64,000 nt of DNA from Mobula hypostoma (GCF_963921235.1 NC_086124.1:28024001-28088000), one strand, 5' to 3'. Positions 22,592 through 38,167 are shown, counted from the first letter of the stretch. Notes: a model not told the origin generated them from the sequence alone. Numbers and translations are program-made.

Positions 22592-25500
22592 GAACTGTGG
22601 AATCCCCCAGTGACACAACCAGGCTCCGTGCGGGTTGATGTTATTTACTGAACATACTTCTACGGTTAACTCCTTTGATTCCGGACCGCTGAGGCAACAC
22701 GTAAAAGGAATTACTTAACAGGGTGGTGATGTCCAGGATGTACGTCCATCGATCCGGACATTCGTTCTGAATCATCTGGCAGGAGACATAAAATCCTGAA
22801 AGCTCGTACCATCAGGGCTCAGGAACAGCTTCAATCACGTCGTTATAAATATATTCAGCCTTTCACCCTGACGATTAGATGGACTCTTGATATCGCAAAC
22901 TACCCGCTCTGTCTTTGCAATTTGTTGTTCGCCTGCGCCGCACTTGCTCTGTAACTGCAGCACTTTATTCTGCGCTCTGTCATTGTATTACCCGGAAACT
23001 CAATACACTGTGGCAATAATTTGTTCTGTGTTTATTTTTTTGTGTGTTTGTGCGTTGCGTTGAATGCGGGGTAACAACTATTTGGTTCTCCTTGAAACTT
23101 GTGAATGCCGATTATATCAAACAATTTCTGAATCCTGAATGTAAAGTCATGTGCTAATTGACCACTACACAGTGGGATGTACCAATGGGATCAGGGAACT
23201 GCCTGCAAGGTTGATGCAGTCGTAGCGTGGGATCTGCAAGCCTGTTAACTTTGAGCAGTCTCCTCAGAGTGAAAGACTGAGATGAGATCCTTTCCACGGA
23301 TTAGAGGAGGGTGATATAAACCCGAGAACCTCGCAGCATCTAATCTGACTTTACCGCGAGGGCGATCAATGAGTGGATCATTCTGAATGGGATGAGGGAC
23401 ACTTCGTAAATTATGCAGGGACAAATTGCTTAATGAAAGAGATTTGGACTAAATCTGCATTAAAGTCCTGCATGTTCTACCCCGTTTTACAGCCTGTCCA
23501 CTCACTTGAAGCTGAACCACAGAAAATGATGGAGGGGTTCGGCAGGTCAAACAGCATCTAAGGAGGTAAATAAAGAGTCGACGTTTCGGGTGGAGACTAT
23601 TTTAAATAGAGCTGTGAATAAGACCGGAGGGGAAGGAGGCACATGGCAGAATAAGAAGTTCGGGGAGGCGATAAGGAGTACAGACTGGAACGTGATACTT
23701 GTGGCCAAGTGAGCGGTTAGGTGGGTGGATGGGGAAGAGGGATTAAGTGAAGACGTTGAAGTTGATAGTTGGAAACAGTAAGAGCTGGAGAAGAAAGAAT
23801 CTGATAAGAGAGGGGAATAGACCATGGGAGAAATGGAAGGAGGCGGTTACAAGGGGGAGGTGATCTGCTGGTAGGAGATGAAGGAAAAGTTGAAGAAAGG
23901 ATCATTGAAGAAAAAGGGAGGGGAGCGGAGAAAATTATCGGAAAACATTAAAACCATCACATAATATTTTTATGCACTTACCATGTCAAAAAAAACATCC
24001 GCGATTAAACCCGTCTGTATATCTCATAACAACACACATCAAAGTTGCTGGTGAACGCAGCAGGCCAGGCAGCATCTCTAGGAAGAGGTACAGTCGACGT
24101 TTCGGGCCGAGACCCCATTCTCCTGAACTCCAGGGAATACAGCCCAAGAGCTGCCAGACGTTCCTCATGCGGTAACCCTTTCATTCCTGGAATCATTCTC
24201 GTCAATGTTCTCTGATCGATGGGAGAAGGCAGCTGAAATAGTTTGGCATGGACTTGATGGGCTGAAGGGCCTGTTTCTATGCTATACTTTACTCAGACTC
24301 TGTGACACTATCTGAGAACCTGCCGAAAAAGCTAGTTTTATTTCTATATGTATATTCAATATTGATACTTTTTCACGTGAAATTACACCAGGGAGGAAGT
24401 GCTTTTATCCTGAAAGTTGTAGACAGATACAAAAGGCGAAAGTATTTTTGAAAAAGAAAATTCCGCTGGAAAATATCGTGGCTTGTGTAACGAAGCATCC
24501 TTCTTTGATGGCAGGATGACACAGAGGATTCATTACTCATTTAAAATGCAGTGCCTGACGTATTTTGCAAACGGTTTCATCCACCATCAGCAATGGTTGT
24601 AAAAACAAAATATTAATTGTATTTTTGTTGCTGATTGGAAGAATATTATATCAATAAAGCATCTCATTCAGAGCTTTAAAGCAACTTTATTTTTCATAAA
24701 CACCTGTAACATTAAGTTTAGCCTATAATACCTATAGCATGTTGAAACCTAAAGATTGACTATCTATGAAACTAACACTAAAAAATCATTAGTAACTAAC
24801 AGAATATAAGGAGGCTGAGGGCCTGAGGGAAATGCAAGCCACACAGGGGTAACAAGCAGCAAAAAGTTCTAACGTGGAGAAGTGCCTTTGACCTTCTGCA
24901 TGGGGTAGGGGCGGACTTGGGGGCTGCTGTTGGAGACCATGAGGGAAGTAGCACCCTCTCTCCCTGGCGCTCTGCCGTGACAGATTCCCAGATGGATACT
25001 GGACCAGCCACTCTCTCTTGTTCATGCTGCAGCCTCTCTGCTTTAGTTTGGAGAGGCCATGAATCTAATTCCAGGCCTCGTTGGCGTCGGAGGCCACCAG
25101 ATCCAAGTTCTTCCTTGTGCCCTTAAATACGATTGTGAAACAGCGGTCGCTGGGTATTTCCGTGGCGTACCGCTGCATTCCCACCGTCTGGTGACCTGGT
25201 CTCAACTCCTTGATGTCGTCGATCGAGACTGCAAGGGGTCGGGTGGGGGAAGAGAGTAAAACAGCAGCAGAGATCAGAACAAGAGATTCAGTAGCAGATT
25301 CACAAACACAAGAGATTCAGCAGAAGCGGGGAATTCAGAGTAACACACACACACACAAAGTTAGTTATTCACAGCACTTTACCTATTTAGAGATACTCTG
25401 TGGGACTGGCCCTTCTGCCCCAAAAAGCCACATCGCCGAACTCCCCACCTATTTAACAGCAGCCTAATCACAGGAGAATTTACAATGACCAGTCAGCCTT

Positions 25501-25773
25501 CTTTGAACAGCAGAAGGAAACCCAGATGGTCACAGGGAGAATATAGAAACTCCTTCCACACGGCACTGGTACTGAACTTTGAATTATTACCTGCCCACTC
25601 CCTGCCCCCATCCCTGACCGAGCAGCAACAACATCACACTAACCACTCTGCTATGTGGTGCCCTAAAATGCTAGGGGAACTCTGCAGGTCAGGCAGCATC
25701 TGTGGAGAGGAATAAAGAGTCAACACTTCAGGCCAACGTCGCCCATCAGGATGAGTCCTGCAGACGGGCGTCA

Positions 25774-25775
<2 letters not shown>

Positions 25776-25814
<39 letters not shown>

Positions 25815-25821
25815 TGTGTGT
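25776..25821. repeat. (TG)n microsatellite
   Basis: Direct reading. Confidence 0.95.
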
Positions 25822-26309
25822 CAGTTATTTTATTTGTCATTTTCCACCCTTTGCTGGTAGTTTTGTACAGCAGTCATTTAGGTCATGTGATCTGCGTCTC
25901 CAGTTGATGACATCATCTGTACCAGCTCTCCAGGTAGAGTTGAAAGAGAGCTTGTGCCTTTTCATTCGACATCATCCTGACGTTCAGATCTTTGAACGCA
26001 TCGTCGGTATGTAAAAGTCATCTTTGGGTTTATTATTTATTGATGTATATGCATATTTCCACAAATCAGAGATATTTGAATGGTTTGTGTGCAGATAAAG
26101 TACAGATGGAATATTCATGCGGGCCACATGTTCTGGCTAACCTGTAGTGAGAAAATGTGCATTAGATACATTGTATGCAGCAACAACTTGCTGACCAGTA
26201 GCCTATCTTTATGATATATTCGGAACTTATTTGTATACAGTATCTTGTTTATTATTTTGTATCATTTGTGGTATACCTAATGCTTGCCTTTTACTTAACC
26301 ATAATGGGA

Positions 26310-27042
26310 ATTTGGACAGTACTGAAATAAACCAAAGGGATGCACACAATGTGGACAACATAAATCATCTGCAACACAATGAAATTCCCCGACACGGCCA
26401 ATAGTAAAATGATCCTTGGGTTCTGCATTTTCTGGTCCTTGGAGCGATCCCCACTATTGCGTCTCCGGAGTCTTCTCCGGTCTCTGCTCGCCACTAACAC
26501 GTGTCTGATGGTCAAAGCATTGAGCAGCAGAATGACCACAAACGGGATCACAGGCGTCAGGAGGTAGCTGCCGAACTCGACTACGGTCCAGGCCACTGAG
26601 ATTAGGGGAGCAGAACGTACTTCGCAAAACCAAGGGTTGTGAAACATCCAATATATCCCTGAGAGCAAAAAATACCAAAAAATGTTCTTTAAACAGCTCA
26701 GCGCGGCCACGGTCCCCAGAACCACAGCCGCCGTTCACTCGGTGCAGTATTTAGCTTTCAGATTCTGGCAGCGAATTGCCACAAATCGGTCAAAGGTGAA
26801 CATGACGGTGACCCAGACGGAACAGTCGTTGGCTGCATGAAGTAGGCCGGACTGGACATTACATACGGGGATGTTTATCAGGAAATAAAACGCTTTCCAG
26901 CAAACAACAGGAAATTGCCTTAGTACCAGGTCTAAGATAACGACCAGGAGATCCGCTGCCGCCATGGCCATTAGATAACGAGTGACTCCTTTAGAAACAC
27001 CGCACTTTCCCTGGAACAGGACCACAATCATCAGTACGTTCA
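26310..27042 (-). pseudogene. GPR139-like GPCR copy B (exon 2 only)
   Basis: Acceptor intact, nonsense AGA>TGA at 26735-26737, 3' end (TM7) lost, exon 1 removed by a deletion at about 27650. Confidence 0.9.
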
Positions 27043-30000
27043 CTATTGGGATTGAAAGAAACACAAGCATGTCAGTGGGCAAGGAGCAAAGTCAGCAAAT
27101 TACAGTCAGGAAATATGGAAACATGTTTTTGAACCCAGACTTGAAGAATGTTCCGGCATCAGCGATCTCCGCTGGGGACGAGGGTTACAGCTCAGTGAAG
27201 TCGACAAAGAAGTTGAAAATAACGTCATCGCAGCAACCAACGAGCAGCTGATAAGAAGGGTTCTCGGATTTCGGTGAAGATGGATTTGGAATAGGGCTCG
27301 GAATTGAGCATTGAATTGGAATTGCTTTACTATTACCGAAGTGGTATAACAAGGTACAGGGAAACACGCGTCTCCACACTGTGCACACACATTAATTCAA
27401 TACTCGGTGCTTCGAGGCGGTGTTGTAATTTCAGGTCGAGCTCTCAGACTTCTTCTGCCGGTCCCTTAAATTTATTCCATCTCCCTCAAAAAATATTTGG
27501 GAAGTCATCTATTTCAAACTACACTCCAAACTGGTGAATTCAATAATCTAGGGATGCAGACTCAGTTGAAACTTTTAAACGCCAACTCAGAACTTTTTAT
27601 TTAACGTTGTTTGTAAGCGAAGTTATTGTTCTATTCATTTGTATTTTGAAACTCAATGCACTGTGGCAATGATATTTTATCTGTGTTTATTTCTTGTGTT
27701 TTTGCCTTGCATTGAATGCAGAGTAAGAATACTTCGTTCTCCTTTGCACGTACGAATAAAAAAAAACCCGTTTACAAATTTTACCACTGTGCAGTGGGAT
27801 GGACCAATGGGATCGGGAACTAAGGCTGATGGAGTCGTGGCGTGTGGTCCGCAAGTCTATGAACTTTGAGCAGTCTCCTCGGAGTGAAAGGCTGAGATGA
27901 GATCCTTTCCATGGTTGGGAGGAGGATGATATAAACCCGCAGAACTTCGCAGCATCTAATCTAACGTCACTGCGAGGGTGATGAATGAGTGGATATTGTG
28001 TATCGGATGAGGAACACTTCGGAAATTATGCGCGGGAAAATTGCCTCATAAAAGGGATTTAGATCATATCTGTATTAAAGTAATATGTAGATATTACTTT
28101 CCGTTATGCAAACCGTTCACTCACCTGAAGCTGTGTTAACCCACACAGAATGCTGCAGGTTTTCGGCAGTTGAGACAGCATCCATGGAGGTGAATAAAGA
28201 GTCGACGTTTCGGGTCGAGACCATTTTAAATGGAGCTACGAATAGTTCTGGAGAGGAAGGACACACATGCCAGAATAAGACGGTGGGGGAGGCGATACGG
28301 AGTACAGACTAGTACGTGATACTTGTGGCCAAGTGAGCGGTTAGGTGGGTGGGTGAGGAAGAGGGATGAAGCAAAGATGTTGTAGTTGATATTTGGAAAA
28401 AGTAAGAGATGGAGAATAAGGAATCTGATAAGAGAGGGGAATGAACAATGGAGAAATGGAAGGGGGTGGGGAAGTGAGGGAGTGAAGGAAGAGTAGTATC
28501 AGAATGGACAATTGAAGAAAAGGGAAGGGGAGCGCAGAAAAGTATCGGAAAACATTAAAACCATGACATTTTATTTTAATGCACCTACCACAGCAAAAAT
28601 ATTTCCGCAATTATACCCATCTGCATATCTCTTAGGTTGATGTAATTCGTTCGGGTCACCTCGCAGGAAAAAATAAGACCAGCTTATCCAATATCTCTTC
28701 ATAACCTGCAACCCAAACAAATTTCCAGAGATTCTCCTCCGCAGCCGATCTCATCCTCCTGTACTACGGTGACCAGAATTACACATAGTACTGTAAAGCC
28801 GGGCTAGGTAATGTTATGCATATGAGATGGTGTAGAAAAAAGAAACAGCCGTGACTAAATAGCGGAGAAGTCCAGTTGGGCAGAATAGCTTCATTGTGAG
28901 GCTCTCATTTTCAGGTTCAATACCTCACCCTGGGTCCCTTTCACTTTCCAGATTTAACCTTTACACTCACAGGTACGCCCTGTCCTTCGCCTGTTGATAT
29001 CTCCCTCTTAATACTCCCTCACTGGACGTCTGTTCCTTCCATTAGACAACTGCTAGATGTTGTCGAAATGTCTGGATATTATCCCTGTTCTAGCTTATGG
29101 CTTAATATCTGGATCCGTCCTCACCCTTCCCATAACGAACTGAAAATTAAAAGTCAATCTCACAGGATTAGGGGACTGCTGAATAGTCTTGCAACAAGGG
29201 GATAGAGGCTGTCTTTAGCCAGATTTAATTTTCTTTCGAATAGGATAGAGCAGCAGGGAGAATGTCTTGAGTTGAAGGATATGTTGTTATGTGGGCGCTT
29301 TACTGTTCCAGAGAGGTGTGCAGACAGAATCTCTGAACTGGAGACAAGTTGACCTAATGACCGGTCTGCGACAGGAAGGGAAGCAGCGTCAGCGAATTCA
29401 CCGGGAGCGTTTGGGACGTCAGCCTGGAAACACCCCTTGTTTCAGGTGTGTGGTACAGACCAGAATTCAGCACACTGCTGGGCTGCGTTGGGCTCTGTTT
29501 GTACATACGGGAAACCATCACATGTGTGGAAGGTCGGAAGTTGTGCGCACGCACCAGACGGCGGTGCATAGGGTCAGAATTTTGGGGATACACACCAGTA
29601 CACCAGGGAGCGGTGCTGCGAGACGTGTGCACAGTCAAACCCCAGTGGAGATGGGTAGAGCATAGGGAGGCGTGTGGGAACACAAGACAACGGAACAATG
29701 GTAAACACGTTTGGATCTCCCTCCTATATGCTGATTGTGTTATCAGCTTCGATCCGGTCAGCGATAATGGTATCGTTGGAAAACCTAAATAAGGCATGGG
29801 AGCTGTGCGGAGCCTTACAGTTACTGAATATGAAGCAAATTTATCAGTGGGCTCAGCACCCAGTCTTTTGGTGCACCTGTTCTGATGGAGAATATGGAGC
29901 AGATGTTGTTCTCAATCCGAACTGACCGGGGTCTGCATGTGACGATATCGAAGATCTGTTTGCACAAGGAGGTATTCAGAGCATTTTCGTTAAGTTTATT

Positions 30001-30999
30001 CATTAGTCTTGGGTGGGCAATGTCATTAAATGCCGAGATGTCGTCAATAAAGGTCATGTTAATGTGTGCAGATTTGCTGTCGAGATGTTCCAGCTATGAG
30101 TTCATTTCTCATGTTAGCCAGAGACTCCAATCAGGCTTGTCTGAAGAAAACCCTGGGTTTTCCCCGAACAGAAGCCCTGAATGAGATCCGAAATATGCTG
30201 AGAAGCATATTTCGATACCAAGAACGGTACAAGAAGACACCAAGAAGATACAAAGAAGGGTATAGGAGATGAAGTAATAATCTCTGGACGTCCGGTCTTT
30301 GGGCTGTTTATATCTTCCTCTTAATCCTCTCTCACTTACCATTCCTCTTTCCCAATCGACCTCTGCTAGATGTCGCCTCATTGTCTGAATATTAACCCGG
30401 CTCTAGTTTCGGCTCTTAGCTCGCTGTCTGGTTTCCATCCCTTTCCATCTGAGAAGTAATAATAAATCTTGTAACATCGGGATAGAAGCTGACTTTGAAC
30501 CTGGCGTTTCTATTTTCCTCCGATGGGAGATGGGTAGCAGAGAGATGTCTGGCGTTCAAGCGGATTTTATAATGCCGGCTTCTTGCGTGCCAGACCGGTG
30601 TGTAGACCAGCGTATGGAGTGGAAGTGCATTGGCCCGATAACTTGGGATATATTTACAACTGACCCATCTCCCCCGCCTCCCGCCACCCACGCAACACAT
30701 TCGTTCTTAGAGCGGGCGAATTAACTTTGGCGCAGGTAGGCAAGAAGGGGATCATCGTCTGAATATATAGAGAGGGCCGGGACGTCGGTTTAACTCAAGA
30801 TCCTTAATACTACAGTTAAAAGAGGTCTGCATTATTTTACCTATTTTGCCGCTCTCGTGCAACCTCGCTGTCTCTCGCAATTCCCTTACTACCTATGGCT
30901 CCTTCTCCCTCTCTTTAGATTTTGTGTGCTCCTGTTCGTCCTGTCTTCTAAACTCATTGGATCCGCTCTCTCCTATTAGCGACTGTTTTCCTTTTCCTC

Positions 31000-31900
31000 A
31001 GAACGACTCTCCACCCCCTCTATCCGTACCCTGTCTCCTTGTCTCTGATTCTCTCTCTCGCCGTCTTCCACACCCACTTGCGTTAATTTCCTCTCTTTGG
31101 CTTTTACGTTGCCTTTGACTTCTCTTGGCATCCAAGGTTGTGTCTTTGGAATCATTCTTTTTCTTAGGAATGTGCATATTCCGTCCCTTCCGAATTGCTT
31201 TCAGGCATTTTAGACATTGCTGCTCTGTCGTCATCCCTGCCAGTTTTATTTCCAAATCATAGAAACATAGAAGCATAGAAAACCTACAGCACAAAACAGG
31301 CCCATCGGCCCACAAATTTGTGCCGAACATGTCCCTACAATTCTGGTCAACTCTCTTTCATGCCTCTGTCATTCCCTTTACTCCACAGAAATACTGATAC
31401 ATCTGACTTTAGCTTCTTCTCAGGGTGAAAGAGATCATGTATCATCATTTTATGATCTCTTTTCCCTTGGGGTTCTTTTACCTTAATCCCTCTAATCAAT
31501 TCTGGTTCTTTCTACAGCGCTCAAACCAGAGCAACTGATCCTCTGGTGGGCCCAACCACGAGCTGCTCTAAAAAGCCATCTCGCAGGAGCCCTAGAAATT
31601 TCTCCTGACTGATTTTCCCAATCCTCCTGCATATGAAAGTTTCCCTTGAATAATTTTCCCTTTTGGCATTCATCTTCTATCTTCCGTTGTAATCTGTTGG
31701 CCACGTCCTTAACAGTGTCCGGGTGTCTGTATACAACACCCAACAGGGTTTTACTTCCCTTGCAGGTTCTTAGCTCCATCCACAATAACTGAAGATCTTC
31801 CGACCCTATGTCACCTCTTACTAATTATTTGATTTCATTTTCTTACCAACAGAGCAACACCGTCCCTTTGCCTTCCTGCGTACGCTTTTGATACAATACG
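31000..31900 (-). mobile_element. CR1 ORF2 endonuclease-region fragment
   Basis: WMELRTCKGSKTLLGVVYRHPD (APE domain); paralog at 41.5-42.4 kb. Confidence 0.7.
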
Positions 31901-34900
31901 TATCCTTGGACATTAAGGTATCATCATATTAAGATTATAAGCTATAAGGCATTAAGACTGCACGCAACCAAATACAACGCCTTCAGTCCTGTAATAACCC
32001 TGTTTGATTCTGTCCACTTATACACACACACACACATATATATAGAAACGGGGGCGGGAACAGAGTCACTAACATCAAGAGGGATCACAGCCATCAGACT
32101 GTTCATCCCACTCCTTGATGGAGAAGGCTGCGTATGTCCACGGCAGGACCACAAGCAGTTATCTTCCCCAAGTCTGAATAAAATCTGCACCAACTAACCC
32201 ACCCCTGCAGACCCTCAGCCACCAATAGTTTATCACCTTATCCACCGATAGCCCAGTACCTAACGTCCTTTATGGAGATGAGACCCACAGTAAGAATGTT
32301 TTGTTTTTACGATTGTGTTCTTTATTGAATAGTATTTATTTTTGGTGCACCGAACCAGGAGTAATAAGAACTTCATTCTACTTTTCATCTATGCACTAGA
32401 AATGCCGTTAAGTAATATTCAATCTTACATAAACCTGTGTTTTGTGGTCGTGTTAATGATCATACTGTAGAATGGGTTAATTTCAAGATGCTGTTATTAA
32501 ATGGTGACAACAGCACGTCTTACTTTCAGCCCCGACAGAATGTTAGAGGAACTGAGCGTTTCAGGCAGAATTTATGGAGGAGGAATAATCAGTTGCTCTT
32601 TCGGGCAGAGACTCTTTATCAACATAGCGAAGGAAGGGTGCAGAAGCAAGAATACCCAACGAGTAGTGGGTGCTTGTGCAGAGATTATTCTGGGTTAATA
32701 TGAATTTACCGGATATTAATTCAATCGAGAACCAATTTTCAGTTCATATTGTAAATGGTAAGCATTAAATTGATGCTAAAACACTGGCGGCCCAGATATA
32801 GGGAGATAATGTTTGTGAAATAGTGAAGATGAGCCGTTTTACATTCGCAACAGCCGAGCAGATCAAGTGGATGACAGTGAGGATAATCTATTGGAGCAAT
32901 CAACGACATTGTAACGATCGTAATAGCATTGAATCACCTACTGATATAACTGATCTCAACGGCCAAAATAGGAAGTATTTTTGTGCGAGTCTACTGAGTG
33001 GGACATGGAGGAAAGGCCGCTTGCCGCGATGAATATCATCACCTTCAGTGTGTCTCCGGTGACTCAGCAGGAACGGAATGGAAGGGGGCAGAGGCAGTTT
33101 TGCGATTGGGTGCTGTGAGCCCGCACGAACAGTAGTTGGTACCAAGGCGGGTCTGTCTGCAGTCGAGAAGGAGGCAAGTACGAAATAAGCTTTGAAAAGG
33201 GCTTCAAGACGGGCGCAGGATAGAGGTACAGGAGCATTATAACCTGGACTTCCAGCATGGGCAACGGCCTCAAACCTCTGGCTGTGAAACAGCAGATCAC
33301 CTTGCCACCACGGATCCCGTCACCAGGACAAGATCTGTTTACAGTTTACTGTTTACTGTTTACCTCTGCTGAGCACTTAATCGATATGAAATTATATTTA
33401 TAACTTTACTCCTAGCAATATATTTTTTCATATCTTTTGTGACATGTCTGTTTTGTGTGTGCTCCTTGGTCCCGAGGAAGAATGTTTCGTCTTATATATG
33501 TATCACCGGAAGAGAATAAACGTGAATTTCAGAAGGAGAATCTTTAAATAGCACGTAGAAGTTATATATATCATGTACTGCGTGGTAGTTGACTGGAATA
33601 TGTTGTCAAACAGAGTCAGAGATGGTGATAGAAAAGCAATATCTGAAAATATACAGACGAACACAGACGCAAGCGGAGGTTGGGACGACAGGTGTATTCA
33701 CCTTTACCTTTGACATGATTGTATAGAAACAGAGCGAGAACACTTTTCCTGTGTGGCAATCCTAAACACCAGAGAATGTGGAATTAAAGTGAGAACGTGG
33801 ATACTTGAAAGGAGAATTGCAGAGCAATTTCTTTCACAAAGAGAGTGATGGATGGTGCAGGTACTTTGTAATTGCAGCAATTTGGCGATGTTTAGATAGG
33901 TAGACATGTAAATTGTGTAATATCCATTATATGCTGGCACAAAGTGTTAGCTTCAAATGTTGGGATATAATTCAGAAATTGGCGGTGTTGTGAATGTTGA
34001 GGAAGTTTCTCGATGAATTCTGCATGATGTATGCCAACTGGGGAATTGAGAAGCAATATAGCAGATGAAGGTTAATCCAGATCAGTGGCCTGCTGCACAT
34101 TGTGTGTGGAGTGAGGTTAAGTGGAATCATAAAATATTTATTGAATGGACTGGATGCTTTGGCTGGACATCCATGTCTTTCTGAATGTAACATGGCACGG
34201 AGAGATGTTGGCAAAAAAGGCGTACGCTTCATTCCAGAATGGGTCGTGTTTTCAGTGATGAGTCCAGGAAGTCATGCAACAGCTCCGTGAATGATTGAAC
34301 GTAGATATCTCCAAATTCCAGTTTATTTCCCCCTTCTACCCTCTCCTCTTCCTTAATTCTCCACTCTTGCCCACTTATCTCCTCTCTCTCCTCCACTACG
34401 CATATTCTCCGAGTACTGTCACTTCTCTTCCTCCCGTGATCCATTCACTTTTCAGATCTGATTCCTTCTTCTGCTGTTAGTCTTATCACCTCCTAACATC
34501 GCTTCGCACCCCCTCTCCTATTTACTTGACTTTAACTGCCACGTTCTAGCTTGTAAACTTTCCCTCTGCCCACCTTCTTAACTCTGGTCTCTTTCCCCTT
34601 CCTTTTCAGTTTTGATGAAGGGTTCTGGAAACCTCGACTGCCTGTTCATTGATACAGATCCCGCCTGAGCTAATGAGTCCCTCTAGGATTTTGTATGTGT
34701 TGCTGCAGATGTGTAGCATCTGCAGAATCTCTAGACAGAATAAATTATTGTTTTGGCCATCGTTCATTTGCCAGTCTAAGCATCACTTAAATGAAGTTTT
34801 GATAAAGCAACCATTGAATACGCAGACGCACATCAGCAGTTTAAATTAGCGTTACTGATGGCATCCATATCATGGGCCCAACGGCCTATTCCTGTGCAGC

Positions 34901-35317
34901 ACTGATCTGTGTTCATGATTTTTCAATCACGTATTTATAAAACTGATTTCAGTGCGGATTCTTTGATTCGATAACCTGGAGCAGACAGCCTCGTTTGCCG
35001 CAATTCTTGAGAGACAGACACACTGGTAGAACGCGCGGACAACTGCTAATAATATGCTCCGCGACATAGAAGATTTGCTTCTATAATGGAGCGGGAAATT
35101 AACAGAGGGAGTTTCATGTAAACAGTATTTCACCTTTCTTATTTAAGATACAGCAGGGTAACAGGGGTTTCCACCATAACCTTCATGTCTTTGGAATGTG
35201 AATGCACTTGGAAGAATCCCACGCCGTCATCGATAGAACGTAGAAAATTCATATAGACGGCTGCGGGGACTGAAACCGCTTTAAACCGCGTTCGACTAGG
35301 TGGGCAGCGCCGGTTTC

Positions 35318-35915
35318 TTACTCTTTATTCCGAATAGTTTCTCTCACGATGCGAATGAATGTAAATTTCACCACCTCTCGCATCTGCTCCCTGAACTTCC
35401 TCTGGGTAAAGGCGTAAAGAGCCGTGTTTGTGCAGCAGCTCAGGAGCTGCAGCATGTAGCCCAGCTCCCACAGGGTCAAAGGTGGGTACGCAGCACTAAA
35501 ATAAAACAAACGCATCCACACAGTGTGCACAACAAAAGCCATCCACAGCACGATGAAATTTGCCGACACGACCAACAGTAAAATGAGCGACTTCCTTCGG
35601 TTCTCCATTTCCAGGTCCTTGGAACTATCCCCACTGTTGCGACTCCGGAGTCTCGTCCGGGCTCTGCTCGTCACTAACACGTGTCTGATGGTCAAAGCAT
35701 TGACCAGCAGAATGACCACAAAGGGGATCACAGGCGTCAGGATGTAGCTACTGAACTCAACCACTGTCCAGGCCACCGAGAGATCGACAGCATACCTTAG
35801 TTCGCAAAACCAAGGGATGTTAGAAAGCTGATACTTTCCTGAGAGCATAAAATACCAGAAAATGTTCTTTAAACAGCTCAGCGCAACCACAGTCGCCAGA
35901 AATACAGCCGCCATT
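35318..35915 (-). pseudogene. GPR139-like GPCR copy C, 3' remnant of exon 2 (TM4-TM7)
   Basis: Open TM4-TM7 reading, but fused directly to intron sequence (cagccgccattctc|ccccaacaatcag); the acceptor and TM1b-TM3 are deleted. Confidence 0.9.
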
Positions 35916-36003
35916 CTCCCCCAACAATCAGAACCTCTTTACCGGACTCCGTTACAACTACTTGCCAATCTCACATTCGTCTATTCGGTATAGAGGAACG
36001 TAC

Positions 36004-36184
36004 CGGGAAATGCAACCAAAGCGAGAACGGGATAGTAGATGGGCTGAATTGTCAGGAGTAAATACCAGATCCGATCGTCTGCTGTCATCAATGGATTTTT
36101 CGAAAATATATAGGGAGCCAGGCTGAAGACACCCTTCCCCGTCGGTGAAACATTCCATGTTCCTGTTTCTGGATCCTGAGCCAT
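36004..36184 (-). pseudogene. GPR139-like GPCR copy C, exon 1
   Basis: MAQDPETG...IQPIYYPVLALVAFP G|GTACGT, 181 nt. Confidence 0.85.
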
Positions 36185-38167
36185 TTTCTGTCACTGTTCC
36201 CAGATTCCAGTTGGTGACCGGCGCTTCGCACGCTGCAGATCCAACCGTTCACGTAAAATCCCACTTTGATATTCGCAACTCCCCAATTATTGTCTTCCGC
36301 TGTCGAGCCGCTGCGGTCCGTGTCTGACGGAAGGGTTGCTCTCGGTAACACTGTGCACCTTCATCGAAAGGAGCAATTTTAAATAGAGCTGCGAATCCCC
36401 CAGTGACAGAACCAGGCTCCGTGCGGGCTGATGTTAATTACTCAGCATACTTCTGCGGTTAACTCCTTTGAGTCCGGACCGCTCAGGCAACACGTAAAGG
36501 TAATTATTTAACAAGGTGGTGATGTCCAGGATGTTTGTCCACCGATCCCGGATATTCGTTCTGAATCATCTCGCAGGAAACACAAAAGTCTGGAACCACG
36601 TACCATCAGGCTCAGGATCAGCTTCAAACACGCCGTTATAAATATATCCAGCTTTTCACCTTGACCATTAGATGGACTCTTAATATCGCAAACTATCCGC
36701 TCTGCCTTTGCAATTTGTTGTTCGCCTGCGCCGCACTTGCTCTGTAACTGCAGCACTTCATTCTGCGCTCTGTCATTGTATTACCTGGAAACTCAATACA
36801 CTGTGGCAATGATTTGTTCTGTGTTTATTTTTTAATGTTTGTGCGTTGCGTTGAATGCGGAATAACAAACATTTTCTTCTGCTTTAAACTTGTGAATAAA
36901 AATGATATAAAATAATTTTGAATCCTAAATAATAAAGCCATTTGCCAATTGACCACTATCCAGTGGGATAGACCAATGGGATCAGGGAACTGCCTCCAAG
37001 GTTCATGATCTGCAAGTCTGCTAACTTTGAGCAGTCTCCTCAGAGTGAAAGCCTCAGATGAGATCCTTTCCATGGATGGGAGGAGGGTGATATAAACCCA
37101 AGAACTACGCCGCATCTAAGCTGGCTTTACTGCGAGGGCGATGAAGGAGTGGATCATTCTGTATGGGGTAAAGGACACTTCGGAAATTATGCGGAGACAT
37201 ATTGCTTTATGAAAGGGATTTGGACCAAATCTGTTTTAAAGTCCTACATGTTCTATCCCGTTTAACAGCCCGTCCACTCATTTGAAACTGTGAGAACCCA
37301 CACAGAATGCTGGAGGGGTTCGGCAGGTCGGACCAGCATCTATGGAGGTGAACAAAGTGTCGACGTTTGTGGTTGAGAACATTTTAAATAGACCTGCAAG
37401 TAGGACTGGAAGGAGCCACATGCCAGAGTAATAAGGAAGTGGAGGCGATAAGGAGTACAGACTGGTACGTGATACTTGTGGACAAGTGAGCGATCAGGTG
37501 GCCGGGGGGGGGGGGGGTGGGGGAAGAGGGATGAAGTACAGATCTTGTAGTTGATAGTCGGAAACAGTAAGAGCTGGAGAAGAAAGAATCTGATGTGAAC
37601 GGGAAATGGACCACGGGAGATATGAAAGGAGGTGGTAACAAGGGGGAGGTGCATAATGTTTTTATACACCTACCAAGTCCAAAAAAAATGGGCGATTAAA
37701 CCTGTCTGTATATCGCATAAGTTGATATATTTCGTTCGCGTCACCTCGCAGAAAAAACGAAGACCAGATCATTCAATATTTCGTCATAAACTGCAACTCA
37801 AACAAATTTCCAGAAATTCTCCTCCGCAGCTGATTTGCATCCCCCAGTACTACGGTGACCAGAATTACACACTGTACTCTGAAGGCGGGCAACGTAATGT
37901 TATGCACATGAGAGTGGTGTTGAAAAAGGAAACAGCCATGACTGAATAGTGGAGAAGTCCTGTTGGGCAGAATAGCTTCATTATGATGCTATAATTTGTG
38001 GGTTCAATACCTCACCCTGGGTCCCTTTCACTTTCCAGTTTTACCCTTTATACTCACAGGTACGCCCTGTCCTCAGCCTGTTGATCACTCTCTTAATACT
38101 CTGTCACTGGCCGTCTCTTCTTTCCATTAGAATACTACTAGATGTCGTCGAAATGTCTGGATTTTAT

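Larger units (their letters stand above)
11500..24000. repeat. Segmental duplication unit carrying GPCR A
   Basis: 11.6-16.3 kb is homologous to 42.87-47.8 kb and (from 13.0 kb) to 32.05-35.3 kb. 22.4-24.0 kb is homologous to 36.2-37.7, 58.3-59.85 and (in part) 27.65-28.6 kb. Confidence 0.85.
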